DNA of 64,000 bases from Candidatus Thorarchaeota archaeon (GTDB lineage Archaea > Asgardarchaeota > Thorarchaeia > Thorarchaeales > Thorarchaeaceae), in contig JAWOEX010000037.1 of assembly GCA_046482545.1 (NCBI GenBank), forward strand, positions 2,030 through 66,029. The letters are read 5' to 3'. Shown piece by piece: positions 27,375 through 36,403 of this stretch. The notes under the pieces are model-generated. The model saw only the letters and a program-made list of their open reading frames with translations. It was not told the origin of the DNA and made no database searches. Position 1 is the first letter of the stretch; each line of letters starts with the position of its first letter. A program made the translations under genes and the position numbers.

Positions 27375-28121
27375 TCACTCAGCTTTGATAGGTGCTCCAC
27401 AATACGGACAGAAGCGATCGTCTTCTTTGAGCTTGAATCCGCAGTACTCACAGGCACACACTTTTTCCGTCTGTGGTTCTGTGACTCGCAACGAAGGAGA
27501 GGTCTTTGTTCCGGTCTCTGGATCAAACCAGACATTGGTATTCCCCTTCCGTTTGCTCTCCACGACATGACGCCTGACTTTTTCCTCAGAGAGGCCAGTC
27601 TCAGAGGCCGCATCATCTATGCTCTTTGCATCACCACGCTCCAATTCTTTAATAACACGTGACTGATTTTGCTGAGATTTCGCTGAAGCAGAAACTAGAA
27701 AAATTACTAACACAGCGATTGGAACGATAAACCAGATGATATCTGTTAGGAAAAACAGGACAATCAAGACGGCAATCGGAATCAAAGATCCTGCAGTTGT
27801 TCCTTGTTCCTGTTTTCGTTGAGTTTCGTAGATGGTTTCCCGATTTCGCGGTGTCTTGCCCATATGGGGATCAGAGAAAGGAGAGTTGACATCAGGAGAT
27901 TTCCAGTAATCTATATCGCTTGCTCGCCGAGATATTTCCTGTTCCTTTCTTACACTTGAAGCAAAAACAATCAAAAGCACTACCAACGGAATAAGTAACC
28001 AGACTACACGTGTGAGCACCATGATTATGAGCAGTACTGCTATAGGAATGGCAAGTCCGAACGGATCATCTTTCTCTCCGTGCGTTCTCTTTCTCCTTCT
28101 GGGCATGCGTCTGGTCTCCAT
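27375..28121 (-). CDS. Membrane protein with two duplicated TM hairpins and a C-terminal double zinc ribbon
   Basis: IPIAVLLII..VWLLIPLVVL repeated as IPIAVLIV..IWFIVPIAVL; CEYCG..CPYCG. Confidence 0.7.
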   Translation of the reverse strand: METRRMPRRRKRTHGEKDDPFGLAIPIAVLLIIMVLTRVVWLLIPLVVLLIVFASSVRKEQEISRRASDIDYWKSPDVNSPFSDPHMGKTPRNRETIYETQRKQEQGTTAGSLIPIAVLIVLFFLTDIIWFIVPIAVLVIFLVSASAKSQQNQSRVIKELERGDAKSIDDAASETGLSEEKVRRHVVESKRKGNTNVWFDPETGTKTSPSLRVTEPQTEKVCACEYCGFKLKEDDRFCPYCGAPIKAE

Positions 28122-28265
28122 TACTTTGGTGTGTCCGACATCTAAGTCCTATTCCAGTCTGCTTATTGCTCTTTGGGGAATCGAAATGAGAAGTATATAG
28201 AATGGAGTTCTTCCGATACGAAATGTCAAAAGGCACCGGGATACTAGAAGGATGAGCTGGACTAT

Positions 28266-28601
28266 TTGCAGGAGAATCCTACCGGTCAGTTATCGGTAAA
28301 GGAGCTAGCTGAACTCAGAAAATTGAAGATTGTTAGGAAGGTGCTCAAAGAACTAAAGAAAAAAGGGAAAAAGGCTGATTTCCCAATCTGTCCTAACTGC
28401 AAGAGCGCACGATTGATTCGCCTGACTTCCTTTCGTAATCTTGGCTACATCGGCAATTTCCATCCAGCGTACTATTGCTTGGAATGCGGCTGGTACGGTC
28501 GCAATCTATCACTCATGTCTAATCGTGAAGTGAAAGATACAGTATTAGAAGATCTGCAGGAAAATTTCACTGACCTTCTCGAAACGGAATCCTCCCCTTG
28601 A
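28266..28601 (+). CDS. Small zinc-finger protein
   Basis: CPNCKS and YYCLECGW. Confidence 0.65.
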   Translation: MQENPTGQLSVKELAELRKLKIVRKVLKELKKKGKKADFPICPNCKSARLIRLTSFRNLGYIGNFHPAYYCLECGWYGRNLSLMSNREVKDTVLEDLQENFTDLLETESSP

Positions 28602-28604
28602 ATC

Positions 28605-29276
28605 TCATAGTGATGAGTAGTAATCGCAGTATTCCTTCAGAAAACACTCTTCACAAAGAGGCGTTTGGGATTTGCATATTTCACGTCCGTGCTTCACCAA
28701 GTTTCGGTTGAGTGAAAATACGCATTGATGCGGGATGATTTCTTCTAGTATCACGTGCGCTTTATCCCTTGATGTCTCTTCATCAATAAGACCTAGTCGC
28801 TTTGTGACGCGCCAGACATGCGTATCAACAGGTAGAGCTGGGCGGCCAAATGAGAATAACAGAATGATAGCAGCTGTTTTAGGACCTACACCATGCAGAG
28901 AGGTGAGCCAATTCTTTGCTTTATCAAGAGGCATATCATCAAGCAGTGAAAGATTAAGTTCTCCAACGCGGCTATTTATTCTAGCCAGAGCGGCCTTAAT
29001 CCGTTCAGCCTTTACATTGTAAAGACCAGAGCAATTGATGGCTTCAGCAACCTCCTCCTCGGGAGCCTCCAGTATCTCTTCCCAAGAGCCAAACCGTTCT
29101 CTCAGAGATTCAAATGCTCTCCGGGAATTAATGTCCGTTGTGTTCTGACTCAAAATGGTTAGTACGAGCTCATCAATCGGGGGTAGTCGTCGCTCATGGA
29201 TAATATCACCGTAATTCTCTACCAGAATCCGGCAGATACGTTGAGCGTTCTCTTTCCTTCTTTCAGAGTCCGGCAT
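28605..29276 (-). CDS. nth: Endonuclease III (HhH-GPD glycosylase/lyase with 4Fe-4S cluster)
   Basis: LTILSQNT, LHGVGPKTA, PVDTHV, CKSQTPLCEECFLKEYC. Confidence 0.92.
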   Translation of the reverse strand: MPDSERRKENAQRICRILVENYGDIIHERRLPPIDELVLTILSQNTTDINSRRAFESLRERFGSWEEILEAPEEEVAEAINCSGLYNVKAERIKAALARINSRVGELNLSLLDDMPLDKAKNWLTSLHGVGPKTAAIILLFSFGRPALPVDTHVWRVTKRLGLIDEETSRDKAHVILEEIIPHQCVFSLNRNLVKHGREICKSQTPLCEECFLKEYCDYYSSL

Positions 29277-29393
29277 TCTTCACAAGCCTCGACAATACTG
29301 CGACTCAGTACAAATTGAGCTTGTTGGTGTGTTGGTTTGCGTACATGTGCCAACGCTTTTGTTTCTTCTATTCTCATTTTGCCATGGATAACC

Positions 29394-29813
29394 ATGAAAG
29401 TGGTCGTCATCTATGAGAGCACGAGAGGAAGAACTGAAGCCATGGCTAAGGCTATCTGTGAAGGCGTTAGTTCGAATGGGCAAGAATGTGAAGTCGTAAA
29501 TGCCAAGGACTTCAATGGTTTGAAGGGTGCTTGCGCTCTGGCTGTGGGTAGCTCAACTCGAATGAGGAAAGCCCTTCCTCATGTAAGACGACTGTTGGCA
29601 GAGATGACCAATCTTGATGGAATACCAAGTGCAGCATTCGGTTCGTACGGGTGGAGCGCCGAAGCACCAGATACAATCGCCGAAGAATTAGCCGAACTCG
29701 GAGGTAATCTTCTTGATGAACAGCCTGTGAAGGCCAGAGAAATGCCAAACAGAGAAGAACTCGAACTTTGTAGAAACCTTGGCAAGCGACTTGCAGCCTC
29801 ATGCAATAGCTAA
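29394..29813 (+). CDS. Flavodoxin
   Basis: IYESTRGRTEAMA, GSST, AFGSYGWS; start at MKVVVIY. Confidence 0.85.
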   Translation: MKVVVIYESTRGRTEAMAKAICEGVSSNGQECEVVNAKDFNGLKGACALAVGSSTRMRKALPHVRRLLAEMTNLDGIPSAAFGSYGWSAEAPDTIAEELAELGGNLLDEQPVKAREMPNREELELCRNLGKRLAASCNS

Positions 29814-29895
29814 GTCGATGATATGCCGGATTCAAATGTTGGGTTCGCAATCCTTATCATAATCCGACGTTGAGCAGTATCTACGGATGGTATGA

Positions 29896-31821
29896 ATGGG
29901 CTACGTATGGCGACTAACGAAATATGCCCTCAAGCATTGGGGCCATTTCATAGGCTACCTTGCTTGCGCGGGCATTGGGTCGCTATTCAATGTAATCACT
30001 CCCCTCGTACTTGTAAGTATCATTGATGATGTCCTTCCAACTGGGCAGTACCAGCTCATTTTGCCATACGTTTTGATTTATATCACCCTCAGTGCGCTGT
30101 ACGCAGTTTTTGATATAGCAGGAAGATATGGAGCAGCGCTCACCGCCCAGAATGTAATCTACGATTTGCGAAGTGAGCTATACGATAGCTTGTTGGAAAA
30201 AGACCTTGCTTTCTATGATGAAAACGAAACGGGCAAGCTCCTTGCTAGGGTCACCACAGACGTCACAACTATGCGGCATTTTCTGTACTGGGGCTACAGG
30301 GTGGTTTTCATCGCTATTGCGACCCTAATCGGAACTTACGCGGTTATGTTCACTTTGAGCATCGAGCTATCACTCTACATGATATTTGCTCTTCCATTCA
30401 TCGTGCTTTTCATCTATGTCTTTGCAAAACGTGTGCGCCCTGTTTTTTATGAAGCCCGGAGTCAGTATGGAACCCTCAGCTCTGTTTTATCGGAAAACGT
30501 CACAGGGATGAAGGTTGTTAGGGCATACACAGCAACTGAGCGGGAGTATGAGAGGGTGCAACAAGAAAACGAGAAGTTCTATGAACTACGAACCGAGGCG
30601 CTTCGGCTTTTATCACTATACAGGCCATTGCTCCCCGCAGTTCTTGGGTTGATAACTGGTGTTCTCATCTATTATGGAGGTGTCTCCTTCAGTCTCGGAG
30701 GAATTAGTTATGGTCGCTTTGTCGGCTTCGTAACCCTAATAGGTATGCTGTATCTGCCAGCGCGTTTTCTCAGCTGGGGAGTAGGCATGTATCAGCGGGC
30801 ATCAGCATCTGGTGAGCGAACATTCTACATCCTAGATCATGAAGATGAATTGACTGAACCAGAGGACCCTGTTCGGGTTGAAGACCTTGATGGGAAAGTA
30901 GAATTTGACGGCGTAGATTTCAGCTACAGAGGTGATAATTGGATTCTGCGTAATCTTAACCTCACTGTGGAGCCCGGCCAAACGATCGCGTTACTGGGTG
31001 GCACAGGCTCAGGGAAGACGAGCCTTGTGAATCTCATTCCGAGATTTTACGATGTTGACACCCGTAGCACAGTTACATACAAGTGTAAGAAGTATCCAAT
31101 AGACGAGAATGGAGAAGTAGAAATCGAAGGAGAAACATACACGGTTGAAGGGGATACTATCGAGATTGAGGGTGAAGAGTATCCTGTAAAGTTGCCAGGC
31201 GCAGTTCGTGTAGATGGCATCGATGTGAGACTTTACTCCCTAGAAGACCTCAGAAACAATATCGGAATGGTCCATCAAGACCCGTTCCTCTTCTCTGCCT
31301 CTGTGAGAGATAACATTGCCTTTGGCAATCCGCAAGCATCATTGGAAGACGTCAAAGAAGCAGCCAAAGCAGCGAACATTCACGATTACATCATTACGAT
31401 TGAAAACGGATATGATGCCAGAATAGGAGAGAGAGGAGTTACCCTAAGCGGCGGTCAGAAACAGCGAATCGCTATCGCCAGAGCGCTTCTAGCTAATCCT
31501 CGAATCCTCATTCTTGATGACTCTACAAGTTCTGTTGATGCTAGAACAGAGATGCTCATCCAGGAAGCACTTGAGAAACTTATGACTGGGCGCACCACAT
31601 TCATTATCACACATAGGCTCAGTACTATCCGCAACGCTGACAAGATTGTGATGATGGACAGAGGGCGCATTGTTGAGAAGGGTACTCACAAAGAGTTGTT
31701 GAAAGATGATGGCCTCTACGCAGGTCTCCATGCTACTCTTAAAGAGATGGAAATAGCCGCTCCGCAAGGAGATACAACACAATCTCCTGCCAAGAAAATG
31801 GAGGTGTCCAATGGTGGGTAG
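29896..31821 (+). CDS. Heterodimeric ABC exporter, subunit A (TMD-NBD), with an insertion in the NBD
   Basis: Six TMs; GGTGSGKT, VHQD, LSGGQKQR, ILDD, ITHRL. Confidence 0.92.
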   Translation: MGYVWRLTKYALKHWGHFIGYLACAGIGSLFNVITPLVLVSIIDDVLPTGQYQLILPYVLIYITLSALYAVFDIAGRYGAALTAQNVIYDLRSELYDSLLEKDLAFYDENETGKLLARVTTDVTTMRHFLYWGYRVVFIAIATLIGTYAVMFTLSIELSLYMIFALPFIVLFIYVFAKRVRPVFYEARSQYGTLSSVLSENVTGMKVVRAYTATEREYERVQQENEKFYELRTEALRLLSLYRPLLPAVLGLITGVLIYYGGVSFSLGGISYGRFVGFVTLIGMLYLPARFLSWGVGMYQRASASGERTFYILDHEDELTEPEDPVRVEDLDGKVEFDGVDFSYRGDNWILRNLNLTVEPGQTIALLGGTGSGKTSLVNLIPRFYDVDTRSTVTYKCKKYPIDENGEVEIEGETYTVEGDTIEIEGEEYPVKLPGAVRVDGIDVRLYSLEDLRNNIGMVHQDPFLFSASVRDNIAFGNPQASLEDVKEAAKAANIHDYIITIENGYDARIGERGVTLSGGQKQRIAIARALLANPRILILDDSTSSVDARTEMLIQEALEKLMTGRTTFIITHRLSTIRNADKIVMMDRGRIVEKGTHKELLKDDGLYAGLHATLKEMEIAAPQGDTTQSPAKKMEVSNGG

Positions 31822-33622
31822 GAGATCCTTACTCTACGAGGACTTGGAACGGTCAAATGAATACGCCGATATGACTCTGCTCAGGCGCATGGTAAGTTAC
31901 CTCCTTGAATACAAGGGTCACTTCGTAGCAACCTGCATCTTCGTGGCTCTCAATATTATCGTAAATATTTGGGCACCTTTTGTTCTCAGACACGCAATAG
32001 ACGAGGATTTTGCCAGTGGTAATTTACTGGCACTTGCAATGACCGCTCTCCTTTACGTCGCCCTAAGGATAGGCAATTGGCTTACAAACTACGGTAGTGG
32101 TTACCTGACAGCCCTCATGGGGCAGCGAGCCGTATACTCTGTTAGACAAGAGCTGTTTGGCGAGCTCCAGAAGATGGGGCAAGATTTCTACGACGATTAC
32201 GAAAGTGGACGAGTAATTTCCAGATTGACTAATGACGTAGACCGTATGAGTGAGTTCCTCTCAGGCGGCCTCATCAATACGATGGCTCAGTTCTTCATAA
32301 TCTTTGCAATCGGCGGGGTTATTTTCACTGTTGATCTTCAACTGGCCATTGTTTCACTGGCCGTGGTACCCATCTTAGGAGGTACGGCCATATTCTTCAG
32401 AAAGAAGATGAGAGAAGCTTATCGGAGCACTCGCAAGACGATATCCAGTGTTACAGCCAATCTTGCTGAGAGTATTTCTGGCGCAAAGGTCACCAAGAGC
32501 TTTGCCAGAGAGAAGCGATCATCCGAAACATTCGAGGAACTGAATAAAGCTGATTACGAATCGAATATTGATGCCTCCAAAGCAACTTCGACTTTCTTCC
32601 CCACCATCAGATTTGTAGGCGCCATAGGCGTCTTTCTTATCCTCTGGGTTGGTGGCTTGCGATTGGCGGAGGGAACTCTTACTCTTGGAACCCTTGTTCT
32701 CTTTATTCAATTCAATGAGCAGTTTTTCCGCCCTATGCTTGTAATCAGTAACTTTTACAATACTGTGCAGGCTGCATTCGCCGGTTCAGAACGGGTATTC
32801 ACCATCATGGATTCAGAGCCCTCCATTGAAGACAAGCCTCATGCCATCGAGATGCCCCCTGTTGAAGGCCATATTGAATTCAAGGATGTCACGTTTGGCT
32901 ACGTAGAAAACACACCCGTGCTGGAAGACTTCAATCTTGACATAGAGCCGGGTGAGACAATAGCACTTGTTGGTGATACTGGAGCGGGGAAGACCACCGT
33001 GGTGAACCTGCTTAATCGATTTTACGATGTCTGGGATGGTTCTGTCAAAATCGACGGTATAGACGTCCGGGATGTTACTCAGGAATCATTGCATTCCACT
33101 ATCGGTATAGTACTGCAGAATCCATTTCTGTTCATGGGTACTGTTAGGGAAAACATTGCATACGGAAGGCCTGATGCCACAGACGAAGAAATCATGGAAG
33201 CGACTGAAGCAATAGGCGCAAGGAAGCTGATAGAGAATCTGGACAATGGTTTCGAATCTGAAGTTGGTGAGAGAGGGAGTCGCTTATCTGAAGGCGAGCG
33301 CCAACTAGTTAGTTTTGCCCGAGCTTTACTTGCTGACCCACGTATTCTGGTACTGGACGAAGCAACCAGTAGCATTGATGTTTACACAGAACATACAATA
33401 CAGAAAGGAATGGAGACGCTGCTGGGGGGAAGGACATCCCTAGTGATTGCACATCGTTTATCCACCATAGTCAATGCCGACCGGATTGTCGTCATAGAAG
33501 ACGGCGAGATTGTGGAATCAGGCAAACATGAAGATCTCATGCGGAACAGGGACAAGTATTACTCACTGTACGAATTGCAGCTAAAACCAAGGGCGATGGA
33601 ATCCTCTCCTTCCGTACAATGA
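31811..33622 (+). CDS. Heterodimeric ABC exporter, subunit B (TMD-NBD)
   Basis: GDTGAGKTT, VLQN, LSEGERQ, VLDEAT, IAHRL; overlaps subunit A. Confidence 0.92.
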   Translation: MVGRRSLLYEDLERSNEYADMTLLRRMVSYLLEYKGHFVATCIFVALNIIVNIWAPFVLRHAIDEDFASGNLLALAMTALLYVALRIGNWLTNYGSGYLTALMGQRAVYSVRQELFGELQKMGQDFYDDYESGRVISRLTNDVDRMSEFLSGGLINTMAQFFIIFAIGGVIFTVDLQLAIVSLAVVPILGGTAIFFRKKMREAYRSTRKTISSVTANLAESISGAKVTKSFAREKRSSETFEELNKADYESNIDASKATSTFFPTIRFVGAIGVFLILWVGGLRLAEGTLTLGTLVLFIQFNEQFFRPMLVISNFYNTVQAAFAGSERVFTIMDSEPSIEDKPHAIEMPPVEGHIEFKDVTFGYVENTPVLEDFNLDIEPGETIALVGDTGAGKTTVVNLLNRFYDVWDGSVKIDGIDVRDVTQESLHSTIGIVLQNPFLFMGTVRENIAYGRPDATDEEIMEATEAIGARKLIENLDNGFESEVGERGSRLSEGERQLVSFARALLADPRILVLDEATSSIDVYTEHTIQKGMETLLGGRTSLVIAHRLSTIVNADRIVVIEDGEIVESGKHEDLMRNRDKYYSLYELQLKPRAMESSPSVQ

Positions 33623-33689
33623 TGAAGAACAAGAAGCCGGTCAGATATTCTTATGCGCGCCTTATTTAGTGCAGAAACAAGATGAAAGG

Positions 33690-33716
33690 AAACCCCTGCC
33701 ACGTAAACAGGGGTTT
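33690..33716. terminator. Hairpin between convergent genes
   Basis: AAACCCCTG-N9-CAGGGGTTT. Confidence 0.55.
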
Positions 33717-33753
33717 TGGGCTATTCAACTCAGTGAGATAGGTTAGGTCAACC

Positions 33754-34506
33754 TTATTCTTCGTCGTCCCAGTCGAGATCATCAACCTCTCGAAACTTCA
33801 GTTTCTTCAAACTCTTCAGTCCCTTCAGCCCCTTGAGTCCCATCATTGACTTCCCAACCAAGGTAGAGATTGTTTGTCCCAACCCATTCATGCCGAAAAG
33901 GGAACTCCCTTCTAAACCATTCTTGCCCACAGTTATGGTCTTGCCACTTGACTCTGTTACGGATACTCCGTTTTCATCAACAGTGACTAATTCATCCCCA
34001 ACCACGAACACTGACTCGCCTCGAATGAAGACAGTCTCGTTTTCCTTTGCTATCAGAATGATCTTTTTTCTTCCCTCATCTTTTCCGATGAGAACATTCT
34101 TTCCATCCATGGGCGATTTCATATTACCCTTGCTTGCACCCAGATCTTCCAACGTAGCTTTGGCGTCCTCGTGAAATCCGTGAGCTCCCTCATATCCTAA
34201 CGGGTTGCAGTCGGAGTCTTTGGCTATTCTTGAGACCTCTCCGAGGTCAGCAGTACCGAAGTAAACCTGTACTCCTTGTAGAGAACCTGATGTTGATTGG
34301 CCAACCGCGCCGCGCTCAGTTTCAAGAATTGCATCGACAGCAAAGTTGGCAGGGCCTGCAAATACGATACCTACTGGTTTTCTATCATTAAGGAGGCGCG
34401 CCCAAATACATCCCGATTGCATTGTGACCAATGCCTTCTCTTCAGAAAAAAGGTCATAAGATGCATCTAACATGTTCGTTGTATCTTCAATGGTAATGTC
34501 TGTCAT
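33754..34506 (-). CDS. Uncharacterised beta-rich protein, co-oriented with the ArsR-like regulator
   Basis: 250-aa clean ORF, 2 nt from the upstream gene. Confidence 0.7.
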   Translation of the reverse strand: MTDITIEDTTNMLDASYDLFSEEKALVTMQSGCIWARLLNDRKPVGIVFAGPANFAVDAILETERGAVGQSTSGSLQGVQVYFGTADLGEVSRIAKDSDCNPLGYEGAHGFHEDAKATLEDLGASKGNMKSPMDGKNVLIGKDEGRKKIILIAKENETVFIRGESVFVVGDELVTVDENGVSVTESSGKTITVGKNGLEGSSLFGMNGLGQTISTLVGKSMMGLKGLKGLKSLKKLKFREVDDLDWDDEE

Positions 34507-34508
34507 TG

Positions 34509-35249
34509 CTACTCACTTCTCCGAGAATCATCACTGCCGTTCCTCTCTTTCTCATCATCAAATTCAACGGAAACCTTACCACCCTTTTCGCCGGCCTTGG
34601 TTCCATTTCGAACTCTTCGCTCGTCTTCAACTTGACTGGTAAGCCACTGTGATAGGCGATAAGCAAGGCGCCCTTCGATAGTGATGTAATAGGTACCTCG
34701 TGCTTCTCCTTTCACTACATAGCCAGCTTCCATTAATGGATTAAGATGGTGAGTAAGAGAGCTGCCCGTTCTTCCAACATGATTCTCCAGTTCGTTGAAT
34801 GACTTTGCGCCATCCTTCAGAAATTCAAGTATACGTAATCTCTCTTCACTGCCAAGTGGGCTAATAACCTCTGCAACTTGGCTAGGGGGGATTTGCTCGA
34901 TTTCTTCACGATCCCATTTCCGCCTCGGGTGATGTACCCGTACGGACGGAACCTTGACGTTGATGTCCTCAATTCCTTTCAGGGATGACTGAATCTGCTC
35001 GTTTATCCCTTCCATCATCTCAGACAAGCTCTCGGTCATGCCGGTTAAATCGACAATGGGACCTCGGGGCTTGTGAACATCCTGGGGAGGATGTCGAGGT
35101 ACATATCTCTTGATGTTCTTCCTACTACGTAGACGTTTCTTCTCTTTTCGAAGATCGTCAATCTCGTCACTCAGGCTCTCCTTAAGCTCACGTACCTTGT
35201 GAAGCTCATCCCGTAGTTCATTTTTCAGTTCGTCAATATCTTCGTTCAT
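34509..35249 (-). CDS. ArsR-type winged-helix regulator with an N-terminal coiled coil
   Basis: LGSEERLRILEFL..KSFNEL..GSSLTHHLNPLMEAGYV..RGTYYIT; heptad-like N-terminus. Start at ATG 35249. Confidence 0.8.
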   Translation of the reverse strand: MNEDIDELKNELRDELHKVRELKESLSDEIDDLRKEKKRLRSRKNIKRYVPRHPPQDVHKPRGPIVDLTGMTESLSEMMEGINEQIQSSLKGIEDINVKVPSVRVHHPRRKWDREEIEQIPPSQVAEVISPLGSEERLRILEFLKDGAKSFNELENHVGRTGSSLTHHLNPLMEAGYVVKGEARGTYYITIEGRLAYRLSQWLTSQVEDERRVRNGTKAGEKGGKVSVEFDDEKERNGSDDSRRSE

Positions 35250-35260
35250 TTTTATTCGTC

Positions 35261-35280
35261 TAATGTACATTAGTACATTA
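35261..35280. promoter_or_regulatory. Inverted repeat TAATGTAC-N4-GTACATTA; candidate operator in a divergent promoter
   Basis: Perfect 8-bp arms 12-31 nt upstream of the regulator ATG and before the divergent gene. Confidence 0.55.
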
Positions 35281-35345
35281 TTCTTATAAATTATGCGGTT
35301 TCAATACATCAGCAGTGGAGTGGAAAATAAACAGAGGTATCTCTA

Positions 35346-35926
35346 TGAAAGGGCAGCAGAAAGATAGAAGTAGCAAAGATAACAGAACTGGAATTATGGG
35401 GAGAAATCCTATAATGAACGAACGCGCCCTCTGGACTACCGTGTTTCTTGCTGTTGTAATATCGGGCATAGCAATGACCATTTTATTATGGCCATTAGGT
35501 TTTGAATACATGTTACAGAATGGAGCGCGTCTGTTCTCCATCTTCCTTGGTATGCTGGGGGGCACATCTCTGGGCGAACTCTTTCGTATTAGAAACAATC
35601 AGCAGACAGGACAGACCCTGCTGCACGATTTACGAGAAGAATGCAAGGCCAATCTGGAAATTGTTGGCACTGGCGTTCCATTGCGGAAGGGCTTCTGGAT
35701 ACTCGGGATGAGATCGGGGAAATCTCAATATCTCCCAGATGAAAGCAGGCATGAGCTTTGGAAGATATACAGCCGAATCACACATTACAATGAAGATATC
35801 AGAAGCCTTCACAGAGCAATGCTGCTTCAGCCAGAGCATAAGATGTCATCGGAACTTCAAGAAGAAATAGATAGTCTATGCTCAGATATTCGAAAACGAA
35901 TCGAGGAATTCTTGGCACAAAGCTAG
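35346..35926 (+). CDS. Two-TM membrane protein with a helical C-terminal domain
   Basis: Two hydrophobic helices followed by a soluble helical region. Confidence 0.6.
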
Positions 35927-36000
35927 AATTCTCTGTTCCAAAAATTCTGTTCAGGTTAGTTCATGGAAGACAGTCAGAGGCAATGAAATACATTCTTTCA

Positions 36001-36261
36001 CTATGAAACGGCGAACTCCACTACGCCCCCCTCAGAAGTCTCTTGTATTTGCTGTATTTCCGCGGTCAATCCATATTCATGCTCAAGAAGAAATCTGAAG
36101 TCATCGAAGTAGTCGTAGTAGCCGCAGGTCTTGCAGAAAGATCCAGAAAACCTGATTATAAGCGATTCGTCTTGGAACGAAACCAGTTTAGCTTCGACTT
36201 CAGGAACTCTATATTTGTTGTACTCCTTGATGGCTTCATCGACAATCTCTTCGATATTCAC
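36001..36261 (-). CDS. Small archaeal protein with CxxC (NifU-C-like topology suggested)
   Basis: GTG start with GAGGT RBS; AIKEYNKYRVPE..FSGSFCKTCGYYDYFDDF. Confidence 0.65.
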   Translation of the reverse strand: MNIEEIVDEAIKEYNKYRVPEVEAKLVSFQDESLIIRFSGSFCKTCGYYDYFDDFRFLLEHEYGLTAEIQQIQETSEGGVVEFAVS

Positions 36262-36403
36262 ACCTCTTTTCCTCGGTTCACTTGTAGAATGGATTATTGA
36301 AAAACTAGCGCTTTGAGGATTTATGTAACAGGTAGAAGACCTAATCTGGAATGAGAAAATGAGAGCCTGCGGGCGTTCTGCAGCCAACACAGGCTCGCTA
36401 TTC

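Noticed and set aside
26519-27616. 365-aa version of the TspO-like ORF, and similar long N-terminal extensions (3335-6352, 23326-23781, 36001-36528, 39164-40804, 40449-41135, 54633-56846, 61335-61835)
   Set aside because: The extensions overlap neighbouring genes or promoters and lack family similarity; downstream starts with RBS or family N-termini fit better.
29825-29860. tRNA T-loop-like GGTTCGCAATCC
   Set aside because: No acceptor, D or anticodon stems can be formed.
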